This document shows positions 26,925 to 37,056 of a stretch of DNA of 64,000 nucleotides, piece after piece. The notes beneath the pieces were generated by a model. The model was not told the DNA's origin. It made no database searches and saw only the letters and a list, made by a program, of their open reading frames with translations. The DNA comes from Candidatus Bipolaricaulota bacterium (lineage in GTDB: Bacteria; Bipolaricaulota; Bipolaricaulia; UBA7950; UBA9294): assembly GCA_028278555.1 (NCBI GenBank), contig JANQEA010000035.1:152089-216088 (forward strand), in the 5' to 3' direction. Every line of letters starts with the position of its first letter. The stretch's first letter is position 1. The position numbers and the translations under genes were made by a program.

Positions 26925-29911
26925 GCATCTCCTTCGAAGAGCGGCTTCTGCATCCCCCGGAGCTCCGCGACCGGGATATGGCAGAAGATCGCGTGCCCCG
27001 ATTCATCCTGCTGCCACGGGGGAATCTCCTCGACGCAGATCGGCCCGATCCTTCGCGGACATCGCGTGTGGAATGGGCAGCCGCTCGGCCGATCGATCGG
27101 ACTTGGGATTTCGCCTTCGAGGCGAACTGCTTCCCGACCAGTCCCGCCTCCGATCGTCGGGACCGCTGACAAGAGCGCCTCCGTGTACGGGTGGTACGGC
27201 GGCGCGAAGATCTCCTCAACGCTTCCGATCTCCATCAGCCTTCCCAGATAGAGAACAGCGATGTCGTCGGAGAGATGCGAGACAACGGCCAGATCGTGGG
27301 TGATGAACAGATGTGCGCTGTCCCCGCCCGACTGGAGCTCGTCGAGAAGGTTGAGGATCCGCGCCTGGACCGAGACATCGAGCGACGAGGTCGCTTCGTC
27401 GAACAGAACGAGATCCGGACCGGCGGCAATCGCACGGGCGATCGCGACGCGCTGTTTCTCGCCGCCGGAAAGCTGATCGGGCAGCCGTGACGCGTAGGCC
27501 GCCGAGAGGCCGACGCGATCGAGAAGATCGTTCATCCGCAGGCGGACCTCGCGTCGGCCGACCTCGCCCAATCGGATCAGCGGGCGGACGAGCGTCGCTC
27601 CGACCGACAGATGCGGGTTAAGCGCCTGATCCGGATTCTGAGAGACCGACTGCAGGCGCCGGAGGGTTCCGCGCTTTCGCCCCCGGAGACCCGGGGGAAG
27701 AAGTTCATCGTCGAGGTGGATCGCGCCGGCATGGCGCGGTTCCAAGCCGAGGATCGTTCGGGCGAGCGTCGTCTTCCCGGATCCGCTCTCGCCAACCAGC
27801 CCGAGCGTCCCCCCCTCGTCGATCGACAGACTGACCCGATCGACCGCCCGGACGGCACGGCGCTCCCGGCGGCGGACTACGTCAATCAAGGAGCGGGAAA
27901 TCGGGAAGCTCGCCTCAACGCCCTCCACGCGGAGGACGGTCTTCTGGCGTTTCGTTCGGCGCTCTGGCGCCTCGCCGACGAAATCGGACTCCCAGTCCGC
28001 CTGAGAGATTTCCGCCCAACGATGACAGCGGACCGTGCGTCCGCCGTCGATCGACTCGAGGAGTGGTCGCTCCTCGCAGACCCCCGCCGCCCACGGGCAT
28101 CGCGGGCGGAAGACGCAGCCGATCGGAATCGCGTCGAGCGCCGGGATCGATCCCTCCATCGACGACAGTCGCGCGCCCCGAGCCTCTGCGCGGGGGAGGC
28201 TCGCCAGCAGTCCGGCCGTGTACGGATGGCGCGCGTTCCTCAGGAGCGCATCCGTCGGACCGGCTTCGACAAGCTCCCCGGCGTACAGAACGGCAACGTC
28301 GGTCGCGACACGCGCAATCACCCCGAGATCGTGTGTGATGTAGAGGGTTGACCGGTCTCCCTCCTGAAGAAGGTCGGCGATCAGGTCGAGGATCGTTGCC
28401 TCCGTCGTCACGTCGAGCCCGGTCGTCGGCTCGTCGAAGAGAAGAAGGCGCGGCGATGTCGACAGGCCCATCGCGATCGCCACCCGCTGCTGCATCCCGC
28501 CGGAGAGCTGGTGCGGATACCGGCGGGCAACGCGCTCCGGATCGGCGATCTGCACGCTCCGAAGAAGCTCGGTCGCCGCGCCCCGGGCCTCCTTCCGGAG
28601 CAGCGACCCATGTTGTCGAAGAATCTCAGCGATCTGTTCGCCGACCCGGATCGATGGATTGAGCGAGGCGAGCGGATCCTGCGGAACCAGACCGATCTCG
28701 GCGCCCCGGATGGCGCGCAGCTCGCGGGAAGAGAGCCCGAGCAGATCCTTCCCGTCGAAGCGAATCCCTCCGGCGCGGACCGCCCCGTTCGCCGCCAGGT
28801 ACTGCGCGAAGGCGAGGGCCAACGTCGACTTCCCCGACCCGCTCTCGCCGACCACGCCGAGCGTCTCGCCTAGGCGGAGTTCGAGATCGACGTCGCGGAC
28901 CGCGTCGAGCCATCGACCCTCTTGGAAGTACGAGACGGTCAACTGCTCGATCGACGCAATGGCCTCTCCGTTCTCGGCTGGTAATTCTGAGCCTCTCCCG
29001 GCGGACGTCCGCGCACGGAGGATCCTCCGTCGGGCTCGGGGAGAGAGCGATTCGGTCGTCGGACGAAGGGCTGTCTTCAGTCCGTCGGCGGTCAGATTGA
29101 CGCCGACGACCAGCAGCGAGATCGCTCCGGCCGGGAAGTAGAGCGACCACGGCGCAAGCCGGATGTAAATCCGCGCCTCCTTGACCATCAGGCCCCAATC
29201 CGGGCTCGGCGGCTGGACGCCAACCCCGAGAAAGCCGAGGGATGCTATGAGGAAAATCCCGTACGAGAACCGAAGGGCCGCTTCGACTGACAATGCTGGG
29301 AGGACGGACGGGAGGATCTCGCGAAGGAGGATCCACGGGAGTCGCTCGCCCCGGAGGCGGGCGGCCTCGATGAATCCGAGTGACTTGATCGCCAGGGTCT
29401 CGCTCCGGACGACGCGCGCGACGATCGGCGTGTAAACGACGGCGATCACCGCGAGAACGCTCGCCTGTGACGGACCGACCGTCCCGAGGAGGACGAGCGC
29501 AAGGAGGAGGGCCGGGATCGCGAGGAGGCTGTCAAAGACGCGCATCAACAGCTCGTCGAACAGCCCGCCGACGTATCCTGCGAGGAGCCCGAAGAGCGTC
29601 CCGGCCGTTACCGCAAGGAGGGCACCGAGCCCGGTCAGCGAGAGGATGCTCCGCGCCCCGTAAACGATCCGGCTGAAGACGTCCCGCCCGAGGTGATCGG
29701 TCCCGAACCAGTGCGCCGTCGACGGTGCCTGCCGCGCGTCGGCGTAGATCTGCTCTGTCGGTCCGTACGGCGCGATCCACGGCGCGAGGATCGCAAGAAG
29801 GACGAACAGGCAGACGATGCTCGCCCCGAACGCCGACGACGGTTTCCGATACAGGTCACGCAACACCCTGATCACCGGCCACCGCCCGCGCTTCATCTCA
29901 GAACAGTCCAT
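26921..29911 (-). CDS. Fused ABC transporter: DppC-type permease plus two tandem ATP-binding cassettes (DppD-like and DppF-like)
   Basis: 996 aa. An N-terminal 6-TM permease is followed by two Walker A / LSGG(M/E)QQRV / Walker B units, each with an oligopeptide-type Cys-rich C-terminal extension. There is an ATGA overlap with the dppB-like gene. Confidence 0.9.
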   Translation of the reverse strand: MDCSEMKRGRWPVIRVLRDLYRKPSSAFGASIVCLFVLLAILAPWIAPYGPTEQIYADARQAPSTAHWFGTDHLGRDVFSRIVYGARSILSLTGLGALLAVTAGTLFGLLAGYVGGLFDELLMRVFDSLLAIPALLLALVLLGTVGPSQASVLAVIAVVYTPIVARVVRSETLAIKSLGFIEAARLRGERLPWILLREILPSVLPALSVEAALRFSYGIFLIASLGFLGVGVQPPSPDWGLMVKEARIYIRLAPWSLYFPAGAISLLVVGVNLTADGLKTALRPTTESLSPRARRRILRARTSAGRGSELPAENGEAIASIEQLTVSYFQEGRWLDAVRDVDLELRLGETLGVVGESGSGKSTLALAFAQYLAANGAVRAGGIRFDGKDLLGLSSRELRAIRGAEIGLVPQDPLASLNPSIRVGEQIAEILRQHGSLLRKEARGAATELLRSVQIADPERVARRYPHQLSGGMQQRVAIAMGLSTSPRLLLFDEPTTGLDVTTEATILDLIADLLQEGDRSTLYITHDLGVIARVATDVAVLYAGELVEAGPTDALLRNARHPYTAGLLASLPRAEARGARLSSMEGSIPALDAIPIGCVFRPRCPWAAGVCEERPLLESIDGGRTVRCHRWAEISQADWESDFVGEAPERRTKRQKTVLRVEGVEASFPISRSLIDVVRRRERRAVRAVDRVSLSIDEGGTLGLVGESGSGKTTLARTILGLEPRHAGAIHLDDELLPPGLRGRKRGTLRRLQSVSQNPDQALNPHLSVGATLVRPLIRLGEVGRREVRLRMNDLLDRVGLSAAYASRLPDQLSGGEKQRVAIARAIAAGPDLVLFDEATSSLDVSVQARILNLLDELQSGGDSAHLFITHDLAVVSHLSDDIAVLYLGRLMEIGSVEEIFAPPYHPYTEALLSAVPTIGGGTGREAVRLEGEIPSPIDRPSGCPFHTRCPRRIGPICVEEIPPWQQDESGHAIFCHIPVAELRGMQKPLFEGDA

Positions 29912-29975
29912 ACGGCTCCGATTCGCACGGGGCGAGTATAGAGTCTTACCTTGCTGTGCCGCATTTCAGAAGTGT

Positions 29976-30086
29976 GAAGGGAGGCCATCGGCCTCCCTTC
30001 GCGGCACTCAGATTCGCAGCTCACCCACACGAGAACAGAGGCCATGCCACTGTTCTCGTCCGCGTCAGGGGGCTAGCCCCCTGACG
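29976..30086 (-). terminator. Three consecutive GC-rich stem-loops in the SBP-permease intercistronic region
   Basis: GAAGGGAGGCC-atc-GGCCTCCCTTC (29976-30000), GAGAACAG-n11-CTGTTCTC (30031-30057) and CGTCAGGGGGC-ta-GCCCCCTGACG (30063-30086). The SBP stop codon lies in the loop of the last one. Confidence 0.4.
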
Positions 30087-31572
30087 CGAAGACGATGCGG
30101 AAGTCGGTCCTCCCGGGGAACGCCTTCAGCTCGAGGCCGTCGAACCGATCACTGTATGCCGCAACTGCGGCGAAGAAGTAGGGGATGATGACCGGCCCGC
30201 GCTCGATCAAGATCCGCTGGATCTCGGCGTATGCGGCGACACGCTCCGCTTCGTCGAGGGTCGTTCCGGCCGTTGCAGCGAGCCCGTCGAACTCGCTGTC
30301 GCAGAAGCGAGATTCATTCCACGACGCCGCGCACGTCAGCATCGAGTTCATGTAAAACTGCGGGTACGGACGCGATCCCCAGCCGGTGATCCCGAGCTCC
30401 TTGTCCATCCAGTGGTTCTCACCGTAGTAGATGGATTCTGGCTCGACGATCACGTTGACCGTGATCCCGGCTTCGGCCCACTGCTCCTTCAGGACGACCG
30501 CCAGGTCGGGTCGGCCACCGGTGTCCGGGGTGTAGAGATCGATCGTCAGACCGTCCGGGTATCCGGCGCTGGCAAGGAGGGCCTTGGCGGCGAGCGGATC
30601 CCGCGCCGGGATCGGGGTCGATTCATCGTAGTACTCGGCGTAGAGCGGGCCGACCGGGCTATCCCGCCCGACGGCGCCGAGCCCGAGCTGAACGATCTGG
30701 AAGATCGCCTCGCGATCGGTCGCGAGCTTCATCGCCTCGATAACGAGTGGATCGTTCCCCGGTGGAATGTCGGAGCGGAGCCGGACGAGGTCGAATCCGT
30801 TCGTCGGCACGTCGACGGCAACGATTCCCGGCTCACCTTGAAGCGTGAGGAAAAGGGCCGACGACATCCGCCACGCCATGTCGACCTGCCCGCCGCGGAG
30901 CGCGTCGACCGATGCAACCTGATCGCCGAAGAAGATGAACTGCAGGCCGTCGATTCGCGGGAGACCCTCAATGAAGTAGTCCGAATTCGCCCGCATCACG
31001 ATCCGATCTTCCGGACGGTAGTCCTCGACGATGAACGGACCGGTCCCGTTGAATGCCAAGAAGTCGGTCGTCCCTCGCTTAACGATCAACGCGTGGTTGT
31101 CGCTCAGATCGTAGAGGAAGAACGGATTCGGCTCCTTCAGCTGGAACGTCACTTCGTTCGGCCCGGTGACGTCGATCCTGTCGACGTTGGCGTAGACCGA
31201 CTCGGTTGCGAACCCATTCTCCGGATCGCGGAGCCGATCGAAGGTCCAGGCGACGTCGCCAGGGACGAGCGGGCTCCCGTCGTGGAATCGAATCCCTTCC
31301 GTCAGGATGAACGTGTACTCCGTTCCGTCCTCGCTGACGACCCAGGTTGCCGCCAATCGCGGAATGATTCGGCTTCCAGCATCGACATCGACCAGGTAGT
31401 CGTAGACCGCATTTGCTACCGCGACCTCCGCGTCCGAAGAGATCAGCGCCGGATCAACCTGAACGATCGGCTGCATCGCAACGCGGAAGACCGACTCAGC
31501 GAGAGCGGCGCCCTGAATGCTCAGCAGGAGTACCACCGCCAACAGAAAGACTCGGACGATTCCTCTACGCAT
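30073..31572 (-). CDS. ABC transporter substrate-binding protein, family 5 (peptide/opine/nickel type)
   Basis: Start moved to 31572 (MRRGIVRVFLLAVVLLLSIQGAALA), which has AGGAGG 7 nt upstream. Confidence 0.9.
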   Translation of the reverse strand: MRRGIVRVFLLAVVLLLSIQGAALAESVFRVAMQPIVQVDPALISSDAEVAVANAVYDYLVDVDAGSRIIPRLAATWVVSEDGTEYTFILTEGIRFHDGSPLVPGDVAWTFDRLRDPENGFATESVYANVDRIDVTGPNEVTFQLKEPNPFFLYDLSDNHALIVKRGTTDFLAFNGTGPFIVEDYRPEDRIVMRANSDYFIEGLPRIDGLQFIFFGDQVASVDALRGGQVDMAWRMSSALFLTLQGEPGIVAVDVPTNGFDLVRLRSDIPPGNDPLVIEAMKLATDREAIFQIVQLGLGAVGRDSPVGPLYAEYYDESTPIPARDPLAAKALLASAGYPDGLTIDLYTPDTGGRPDLAVVLKEQWAEAGITVNVIVEPESIYYGENHWMDKELGITGWGSRPYPQFYMNSMLTCAASWNESRFCDSEFDGLAATAGTTLDEAERVAAYAEIQRILIERGPVIIPYFFAAVAAYSDRFDGLELKAFPGRTDFRIVFASGG

Positions 31573-31734
31573 GATGATTCCTCCTTCGATTCTCGACACA
31601 ACGACCCGGTTCAGCGGCCTCGCGCGGCCACTTCGACCAGCCTACCCGAGCCGTGTCGTTCCGATCAAGGTCAGCATCGAACGGTTCCGTCTCGGCTCCG
31701 TTTCCGAGTGCTCTGCGGCGGCTGCCCGGCTAGA

Positions 31735-32673
31735 ATGGCAGAGATCATGTCGGGAAGGACCGCACCACCGCATCGCCACATCTGGAGCGGACTCGCCAGC
31801 GTCTCCAGCGCTGGAGACGAAGCGGTCGGAATCCTCGGGATTCCATTCGACGGCGCATCGAGTTTTCGCCGTGGCTCGGCCGAGGCGCCGGACCGAATCC
31901 GCTCGCTGACGCCGCATTGCGCACCGTTCACCGAGGACGGAGCGCAGCTCGCCGGGCTCCGTCTCCGCGACTACGGGAACGTGGCAGCCAGCCCGTCGTG
32001 GGAACGGTTCGCCAACTCGGTCAGCGAAGCAGCATTGCGTGCACTCGCGCATCGGTTCGCCCTCTTCCTCGGCGGAGATCACTCGGTGACGATCCCACTC
32101 GTTGCCGCGGCCGCAGGTACAGTTTCCGGTCAGCTCGGGATTCTCCACCTCGATGCCCATCTCGATCTGATGGACACGTTCGAAGGATCGCCGTGGTCAC
32201 ACGCCTGCACGGCTCGCCGGGTCCTTGAACTCCCGCAGACCGATCCGTCTCTGATGGTGTTCGTGGGTACCCGGTCGTGGCTCGGCCGGGAGAAGGACCT
32301 CCTCTCAGCTCACCCACAGGTCGGGGTTCATACCGCCCGCGACGTCTTCGTCAACGGCGTCGGTCCGATCGCGGAAGCCGTCTGCCGGCAGCTGGAGAAT
32401 GCAGAAGCCGTCTACGTCACGATCGACATCGATGTGCTCGATCCAGCCTACGCCCCCGGAACGGGGACCCCCGAGGCCGGCGGACTCTCAACCCGCGAGC
32501 TGCTCGAACTCCTTCGGTTCGTCCTTCGAACTCTGCCGGTTCGCGCCCTCGACATCGTCGAGGTCTCCCCGCCGCTCGATCCGTCCGACGTCACGTCGTT
32601 CGCCGCGATCAAGCTGATCTACGAAGCGCTAGGGGCCATCCGGGCGGAACTCGGACAACCTGCAAGCGGCTGA
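31735..32673 (+). CDS. Arginase/agmatinase/formiminoglutamase-family ureohydrolase
   Basis: GGDHSVT, DAHLD and DIDVLDPA metal-binding motifs. The in-frame ATG at 31735 is used. The upstream portion of track ORF 30412..32673 is antisense to the SBP gene and was rejected. Confidence 0.85.
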   Translation: MAEIMSGRTAPPHRHIWSGLASVSSAGDEAVGILGIPFDGASSFRRGSAEAPDRIRSLTPHCAPFTEDGAQLAGLRLRDYGNVAASPSWERFANSVSEAALRALAHRFALFLGGDHSVTIPLVAAAAGTVSGQLGILHLDAHLDLMDTFEGSPWSHACTARRVLELPQTDPSLMVFVGTRSWLGREKDLLSAHPQVGVHTARDVFVNGVGPIAEAVCRQLENAEAVYVTIDIDVLDPAYAPGTGTPEAGGLSTRELLELLRFVLRTLPVRALDIVEVSPPLDPSDVTSFAAIKLIYEALGAIRAELGQPASG

Positions 32674-32674
32674 A

Positions 32675-33040
32675 TCAGGCGGCGCTCGTATCGGACTGCA
32701 TCATCCCGTGGAGATTCCCTTCGGGATCCTTGAAGTACGCCATCCAGCCGACGCCGGGGACGGCCATCTTCGGGAGGACGATCTCTCCGCCGTGCTCCTC
32801 GACCTTCGCGATGTACGCATCGAGATCGGGGACATCGATCGTGTTCGCGACCATCGAGTCTTCGCCCTCGCGGCGGGTGATTCCGCCATCGATCCCGTGC
32901 TCTTCCTCCCCGGTCATGACGAGCCAGTAGTCAATCGGTCCGTCCCATTTCTCGATCCGCCAGCCGAACGTCTTCTCGAAGAAACCGATCACCCGCTCCG
33001 GATCGTCCGCAGGAATCTCGAAATGCACTACGCGTGGCAT
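32675..33040 (-). CDS. VOC/glyoxalase-family protein
   Basis: 121 aa with a typical beta-alpha-beta-beta-beta module (MPRVVHFEIPADDPERVIGFFEKTFGW…). Confidence 0.8.
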   Translation of the reverse strand: MPRVVHFEIPADDPERVIGFFEKTFGWRIEKWDGPIDYWLVMTGEEEHGIDGGITRREGEDSMVANTIDVPDLDAYIAKVEEHGGEIVLPKMAVPGVGWMAYFKDPEGNLHGMMQSDTSAA

Positions 33041-33098
33041 GATGCCTCCTTTTCATCCCATCCTGACTCGATCGGTGAGGCCACGCTGAAGATCCGTG

Positions 33099-34535
33099 TC
33101 AGATTCGGTGAACCTTGATGAAGTTCGTCCGTCCTTCGCTTCCGGCCGGAATCCCCCCGGCGACGACGACCATCTCACCCGGTTCCGCCTCGCCGCGCTC
33201 CAGGAGGAGGCTTCTGACCATCTCCAGCATCTCGTCGGTCGAGCCGTACGGCGGGACGAGGATCGGCGTGATCCCCCAGACGAGCGCAAGCTGCCGGAGG
33301 GTCGTCTCTCGCGGCGTGAGTGCGACGATCGGGCGCGTCGGACGCTCTCGCGCGATCTGGCGCGCTGTGTAGCCGCTCCGGGTCGAGGTGACGATCAATG
33401 CCGCGTCGATCTCACGAGCGACACGGACGGTCGCCTTCCCGATCGCGTCGGTGATCGGACGAGATCGATCGGTTCTGTCATCGATGGTCCCCTCGTCGCG
33501 ACAGGAGACCTCTCGCTCAGCGATCGCCGAGATCTCGCGGATCATCGACACGGCCTCGACCGGATGCCGTCCGACGGCCGTCTCGGCCGAGAGCATCACC
33601 GCATCGGAACCGTCGAAGATCGCGTTCGCCACGTCGCTCGCCTCAGCGCGGGTCGGCCTTGGACTCTCGATCATCGACTGGAGCATCTGCGTCGCGGTGA
33701 TCACCGGGATTCCGAGTCGGTTGCAGCGCCGGATGATCTTCTTCTGGAGAACGGGGACCTGCTGAGGCGACGTCTCAACGCCCAGATCGCCGCGGGCGAC
33801 CATCACACCATCGCTGGCGGCGAGGATCGCCGGGAGCCGCTCGATCGCCTCGCGTTTCTCGATCTTGGCGATGATCCCCACATCGATTCCCCCGGGACAC
33901 CCGTCGAGCAGCTCGCGAAGTCCGTTCAAATCGTCGGCGGCTCGGACGAATGACAGCGCGACATAATCGACACCTTGCTCGATGGCGAACCGCGCGTCCG
34001 CGCGATCCTTCACTGTCAACGCGGTGATCCCTGACGTCCCGCTCGGAGCGGCAATCCCCTTCTGCGACGACAGCTCGCCTCCAACAACGATTCGCGCGAT
34101 TAGCGTCTCCGGCCGAACCTCGCGGATCTCGGCCTCGATCAGCCCATCGTCGAGCAGGATCCGATCCCCGACGCACGCGCCGACGATCAGCTCGGGATGC
34201 GGCAACGGGATCGCGTGATCGGTTCCGTCGGATGGTCGCGTCGTGAATGCCACCCAATCACCAGCGTCGAGTCGGAGCGAGTCAACCAGTCGGCCGATCC
34301 TGAGCTTCGGTCCCTGCAGGTCGGCGATCACAGCGACGATCCCCTTCTCCTCGGCTGCGATCTCACGGACGCGCTGGATCGTCTCGGCGTGTGTCTCGTG
34401 CGTTCCATGCGAGAAGTTGACCCGCGCGACGTCCATCCCGGCACGGATCAACCGCCGGATCGCCTCGCGATCGCTCGATGCCGGCCCGAGGGTGCAGACG
34501 ATCTTCGTCTTCGTCTCCGACGCGTGGCTGACCAT
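33099..34535 (-). CDS. pyk: Pyruvate kinase
   Basis: Start at the ATG at 34535 (MVSHASETKTKIVCTLGPAS…), 2 nt after the upstream gene's stop. The upstream part of the track ORF reaching 34922 is an overlap artefact. Confidence 0.9.
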   Translation of the reverse strand: MVSHASETKTKIVCTLGPASSDREAIRRLIRAGMDVARVNFSHGTHETHAETIQRVREIAAEEKGIVAVIADLQGPKLRIGRLVDSLRLDAGDWVAFTTRPSDGTDHAIPLPHPELIVGACVGDRILLDDGLIEAEIREVRPETLIARIVVGGELSSQKGIAAPSGTSGITALTVKDRADARFAIEQGVDYVALSFVRAADDLNGLRELLDGCPGGIDVGIIAKIEKREAIERLPAILAASDGVMVARGDLGVETSPQQVPVLQKKIIRRCNRLGIPVITATQMLQSMIESPRPTRAEASDVANAIFDGSDAVMLSAETAVGRHPVEAVSMIREISAIAEREVSCRDEGTIDDRTDRSRPITDAIGKATVRVAREIDAALIVTSTRSGYTARQIARERPTRPIVALTPRETTLRQLALVWGITPILVPPYGSTDEMLEMVRSLLLERGEAEPGEMVVVAGGIPAGSEGRTNFIKVHRI

Positions 34536-34537
34536 CG

Positions 34538-35398
34538 CTAGGCCTCGTCCGCCGGCGAGACGATCCGATACTGCGCGGAGTCCGAGACCGGTCGGAATCC
34601 GATCTGTTGGTAGATCTTGTTCGACGTCGGATTCGCCAGGTCGGCGTAGAGCGTGCAGAACGCCTTCCCTGCGCCGAGCAGCCGCTCGCAGAGGGCTGCG
34701 ACACAGGCCGATGCGTAGCCGTTCCTCCGCTTCTCCGGAGGGGTATAGACCGCGCTGATCGTCGCGGCGTTCTCCGTTCCACGAGAGCTTCCAGCCAGAG
34801 AGGCCGGTCCATCGTGATCCCAGACGACCAGGTTCCCCGACTCCATGAACCGACGGGCGATCCCCTTCGGATCGGAGGGCGGATCTCCCGGGACGGCCTC
34901 GGTCTGGAACCCGACGATCCATTCCGCGATCAGATCGAGCTCCTCGTCAGCCACAGACCGCATCCGGCCGGGTACGCCGCTCGGCGGCTTGACGTCGTAC
35001 AAGGCGTAGATCCGCATCCGTCGTTCGACCTCCAGGCAAGAGCCCGTCCGTTCCGTCCACGCCTCCGCGAATGCCGCGGCGACACCAGCTTCCCCATTCA
35101 GCCCGGGAAGCTCTGGATCGGCTTTCGAGAGGTGCTCGACAAGCGGAACGATCGTGTCGAGGCGGCCTTCCTCGCAATGGAGAATCACCGGGAACGGGGG
35201 CGTCCGGATTGCAGCGGCCACGAGATCGGCGCCGTCCTCGACGCTCACGAAGTACGGTGGATCGCCGCCGTAGGACCGTCCGGCGCGGACGCGATCGGCG
35301 ATCCCGAGGATCAGGTTGTTCTTCGCTTCCTCGACGAGCAGGCGTTCTTCCGTCGCTTCGAGGAACGCCTTCGGGCTCGGATAGGTCGTCAGTTTCAT
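34538..35398 (-). CDS. GNAT family acetyltransferase (two-lobed)
   Basis: 286 aa with a C-terminal GNAT core (…ISAVYTPPEKRRNGYASACVAALCE…). Confidence 0.8.
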   Translation of the reverse strand: MKLTTYPSPKAFLEATEERLLVEEAKNNLILGIADRVRAGRSYGGDPPYFVSVEDGADLVAAAIRTPPFPVILHCEEGRLDTIVPLVEHLSKADPELPGLNGEAGVAAAFAEAWTERTGSCLEVERRMRIYALYDVKPPSGVPGRMRSVADEELDLIAEWIVGFQTEAVPGDPPSDPKGIARRFMESGNLVVWDHDGPASLAGSSRGTENAATISAVYTPPEKRRNGYASACVAALCERLLGAGKAFCTLYADLANPTSNKIYQQIGFRPVSDSAQYRIVSPADEA

Positions 35399-35913
35399 CG
35401 GCTTCCTGTCTCCAGCAAATCGATATACGCTCCGCTCACGCGATCCGCGTTTTCGATGCCGAGTGACTCCAGCAGTCGATCGGCGGTTGCCGCTCCCTCC
35501 TCGGTCGATTCTCCCTCCTCGAGAACGACCTCGAGTTCCATGAACGTGCCGAGGCCCTCGACTTCATCGAGGTGGATTCGCGTTCGGCCGATACGATAGA
35601 GGAACCGACGTTTCACGACCACTCCCCGAACCTCGAGTACCGCCGTGAGCATGCTCAGGAACGTCTCGGGATCGGTCGACCAGACAAGGGCGTACTCCGA
35701 GACCTTTGCGGACGAGTCGTCCGGCCGCTCGTAGTAGATCAGCTCGCACGCGTCCGGCGCGAGAACGCGGAGCTTCAGCCGACCGCGTGGCACGACGAAG
35801 AACGTGTCGTGCTGATCGAGGTTCTCAACCGGAGTCTCAGTCAGCGCTTCGGCGCGTCGGCGGAAGGCGTCGACCTCCCTGACGCGCGCCTTGACCTCAA
35901 CGTTTCTCGCCAT
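35395..35913 (-). CDS. CYTH-domain protein (class IV adenylyl cyclase / triphosphate tunnel family)
   Basis: EVKARV N-terminus and an ExE motif (FMELEVVLEE), 172 aa. Confidence 0.7.
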   Translation of the reverse strand: MARNVEVKARVREVDAFRRRAEALTETPVENLDQHDTFFVVPRGRLKLRVLAPDACELIYYERPDDSSAKVSEYALVWSTDPETFLSMLTAVLEVRGVVVKRRFLYRIGRTRIHLDEVEGLGTFMELEVVLEEGESTEEGAATADRLLESLGIENADRVSGAYIDLLETGSR

Positions 35914-36676
35914 CGTTCTCCTCCCACACCTTCAGCTGTCGATCGAGCGCGGCTCGGAGACTCGGATCGATTGGTTCACGATCCGGGTCTTCGCGGCGAT
36001 GGAGCACTCGAGGCCGTTCCTCCCCATAGGGAGTGAAGCGGAGTGCAACGTGCTCCAGATAGAACCGCGCGTTCCCCGGAGGCACCGGGTCGGCGTACAA
36101 CCAATCGTCGACAAGCGGTGCGCCGAGATGCGCCATCGTCGCGCGGATCTGATGATACCGCCCGGTGTGCAGCCGGAGGAGGGCATGCGCTTCGTCCTCA
36201 CGATCGGGTGTTGGTGCAAGCGCCAGGATCTCGGTGACCGCGCGTTTCCCACCGCTTCGAACGACGATCGAACGGCCGCCGCGCGTCCGAAGGTGGACCA
36301 TGTGTACGCCGATCCACCGCTCAGGCCGATCCGACAGCGTTCCATTGACCCGCGCCAAGTAGACCTTCTCCCAGGTGCGATCTCGAAGGCTCTCGTTGTG
36401 GAATCGGATCGCGTCGGCCGACAGCGCAACCACAACGATCCCTCTCGTCACCCGGTCGAGCCGATGCGGAAGCTTCGGAGCGGCATCTCGCGCCGCCGCC
36501 GCCCGGACCCGCGCGATCAGCGAGACGCCCTTCGGATCGCTCGTCAGCTCGGTCGCCATACCGGCCGGCTTGATGACGGTGAGTTCGTGCGGACCCTCGA
36601 AGAGGATCGGCAGCCCGAGCGCGTCCCAACCGACGTTCTCTCCCCCGGCGCTGGCAACAGGCTCCACGCGTTCCAC
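35897..36676 (-). CDS. RluA-family pseudouridine synthase
   Basis: HRLDRVTRGIVVVA catalytic Asp motif, 259 aa. Confidence 0.85.
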   Translation of the reverse strand: MERVEPVASAGGENVGWDALGLPILFEGPHELTVIKPAGMATELTSDPKGVSLIARVRAAAARDAAPKLPHRLDRVTRGIVVVALSADAIRFHNESLRDRTWEKVYLARVNGTLSDRPERWIGVHMVHLRTRGGRSIVVRSGGKRAVTEILALAPTPDREDEAHALLRLHTGRYHQIRATMAHLGAPLVDDWLYADPVPPGNARFYLEHVALRFTPYGEERPRVLHRREDPDREPIDPSLRAALDRQLKVWEENDGEKR

Positions 36677-37056
36677 CTCCGTCTGCCCGAGAGTCTATCG
36701 CCAGGGACCGAACGCCGAAATGGTTCGACACAAGAAAGCGAGCGCACGAGATCCCGGAGCTTCTCGCACGCTCGCCGGTGGGCGACCTTCGGTTCACGAC
36801 ATCATGGGTACTCTGCATCCTTGAAGGGCCGATGTGCGTGCCGTGATGCGGGTGTGTTCCCGCAAGCTGGCGAAAGGTGAGAGCCCGGGCCGTATTGTGC
36901 AAGGCCCAGGCTCTCGTGACTCCTCAGCGTAGGGCAACCGTAGCTCGAAGGCGTGAACCGACTGTGAACCGTCGGTGTCGTCCGTGTGTCCTGTCCATCA
37001 GCCGCGGCCCAGAGTTCGGAAAGGCTTATCCCAAGGACATTTCGCCGCTTAGGGTC

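Noticed and set aside
30412-31734. First 441 codons of track ORF 30412..32673
   Set aside because: This part is antisense to the SBP gene. Arginase-family homology begins only at the in-frame ATG at 31735.
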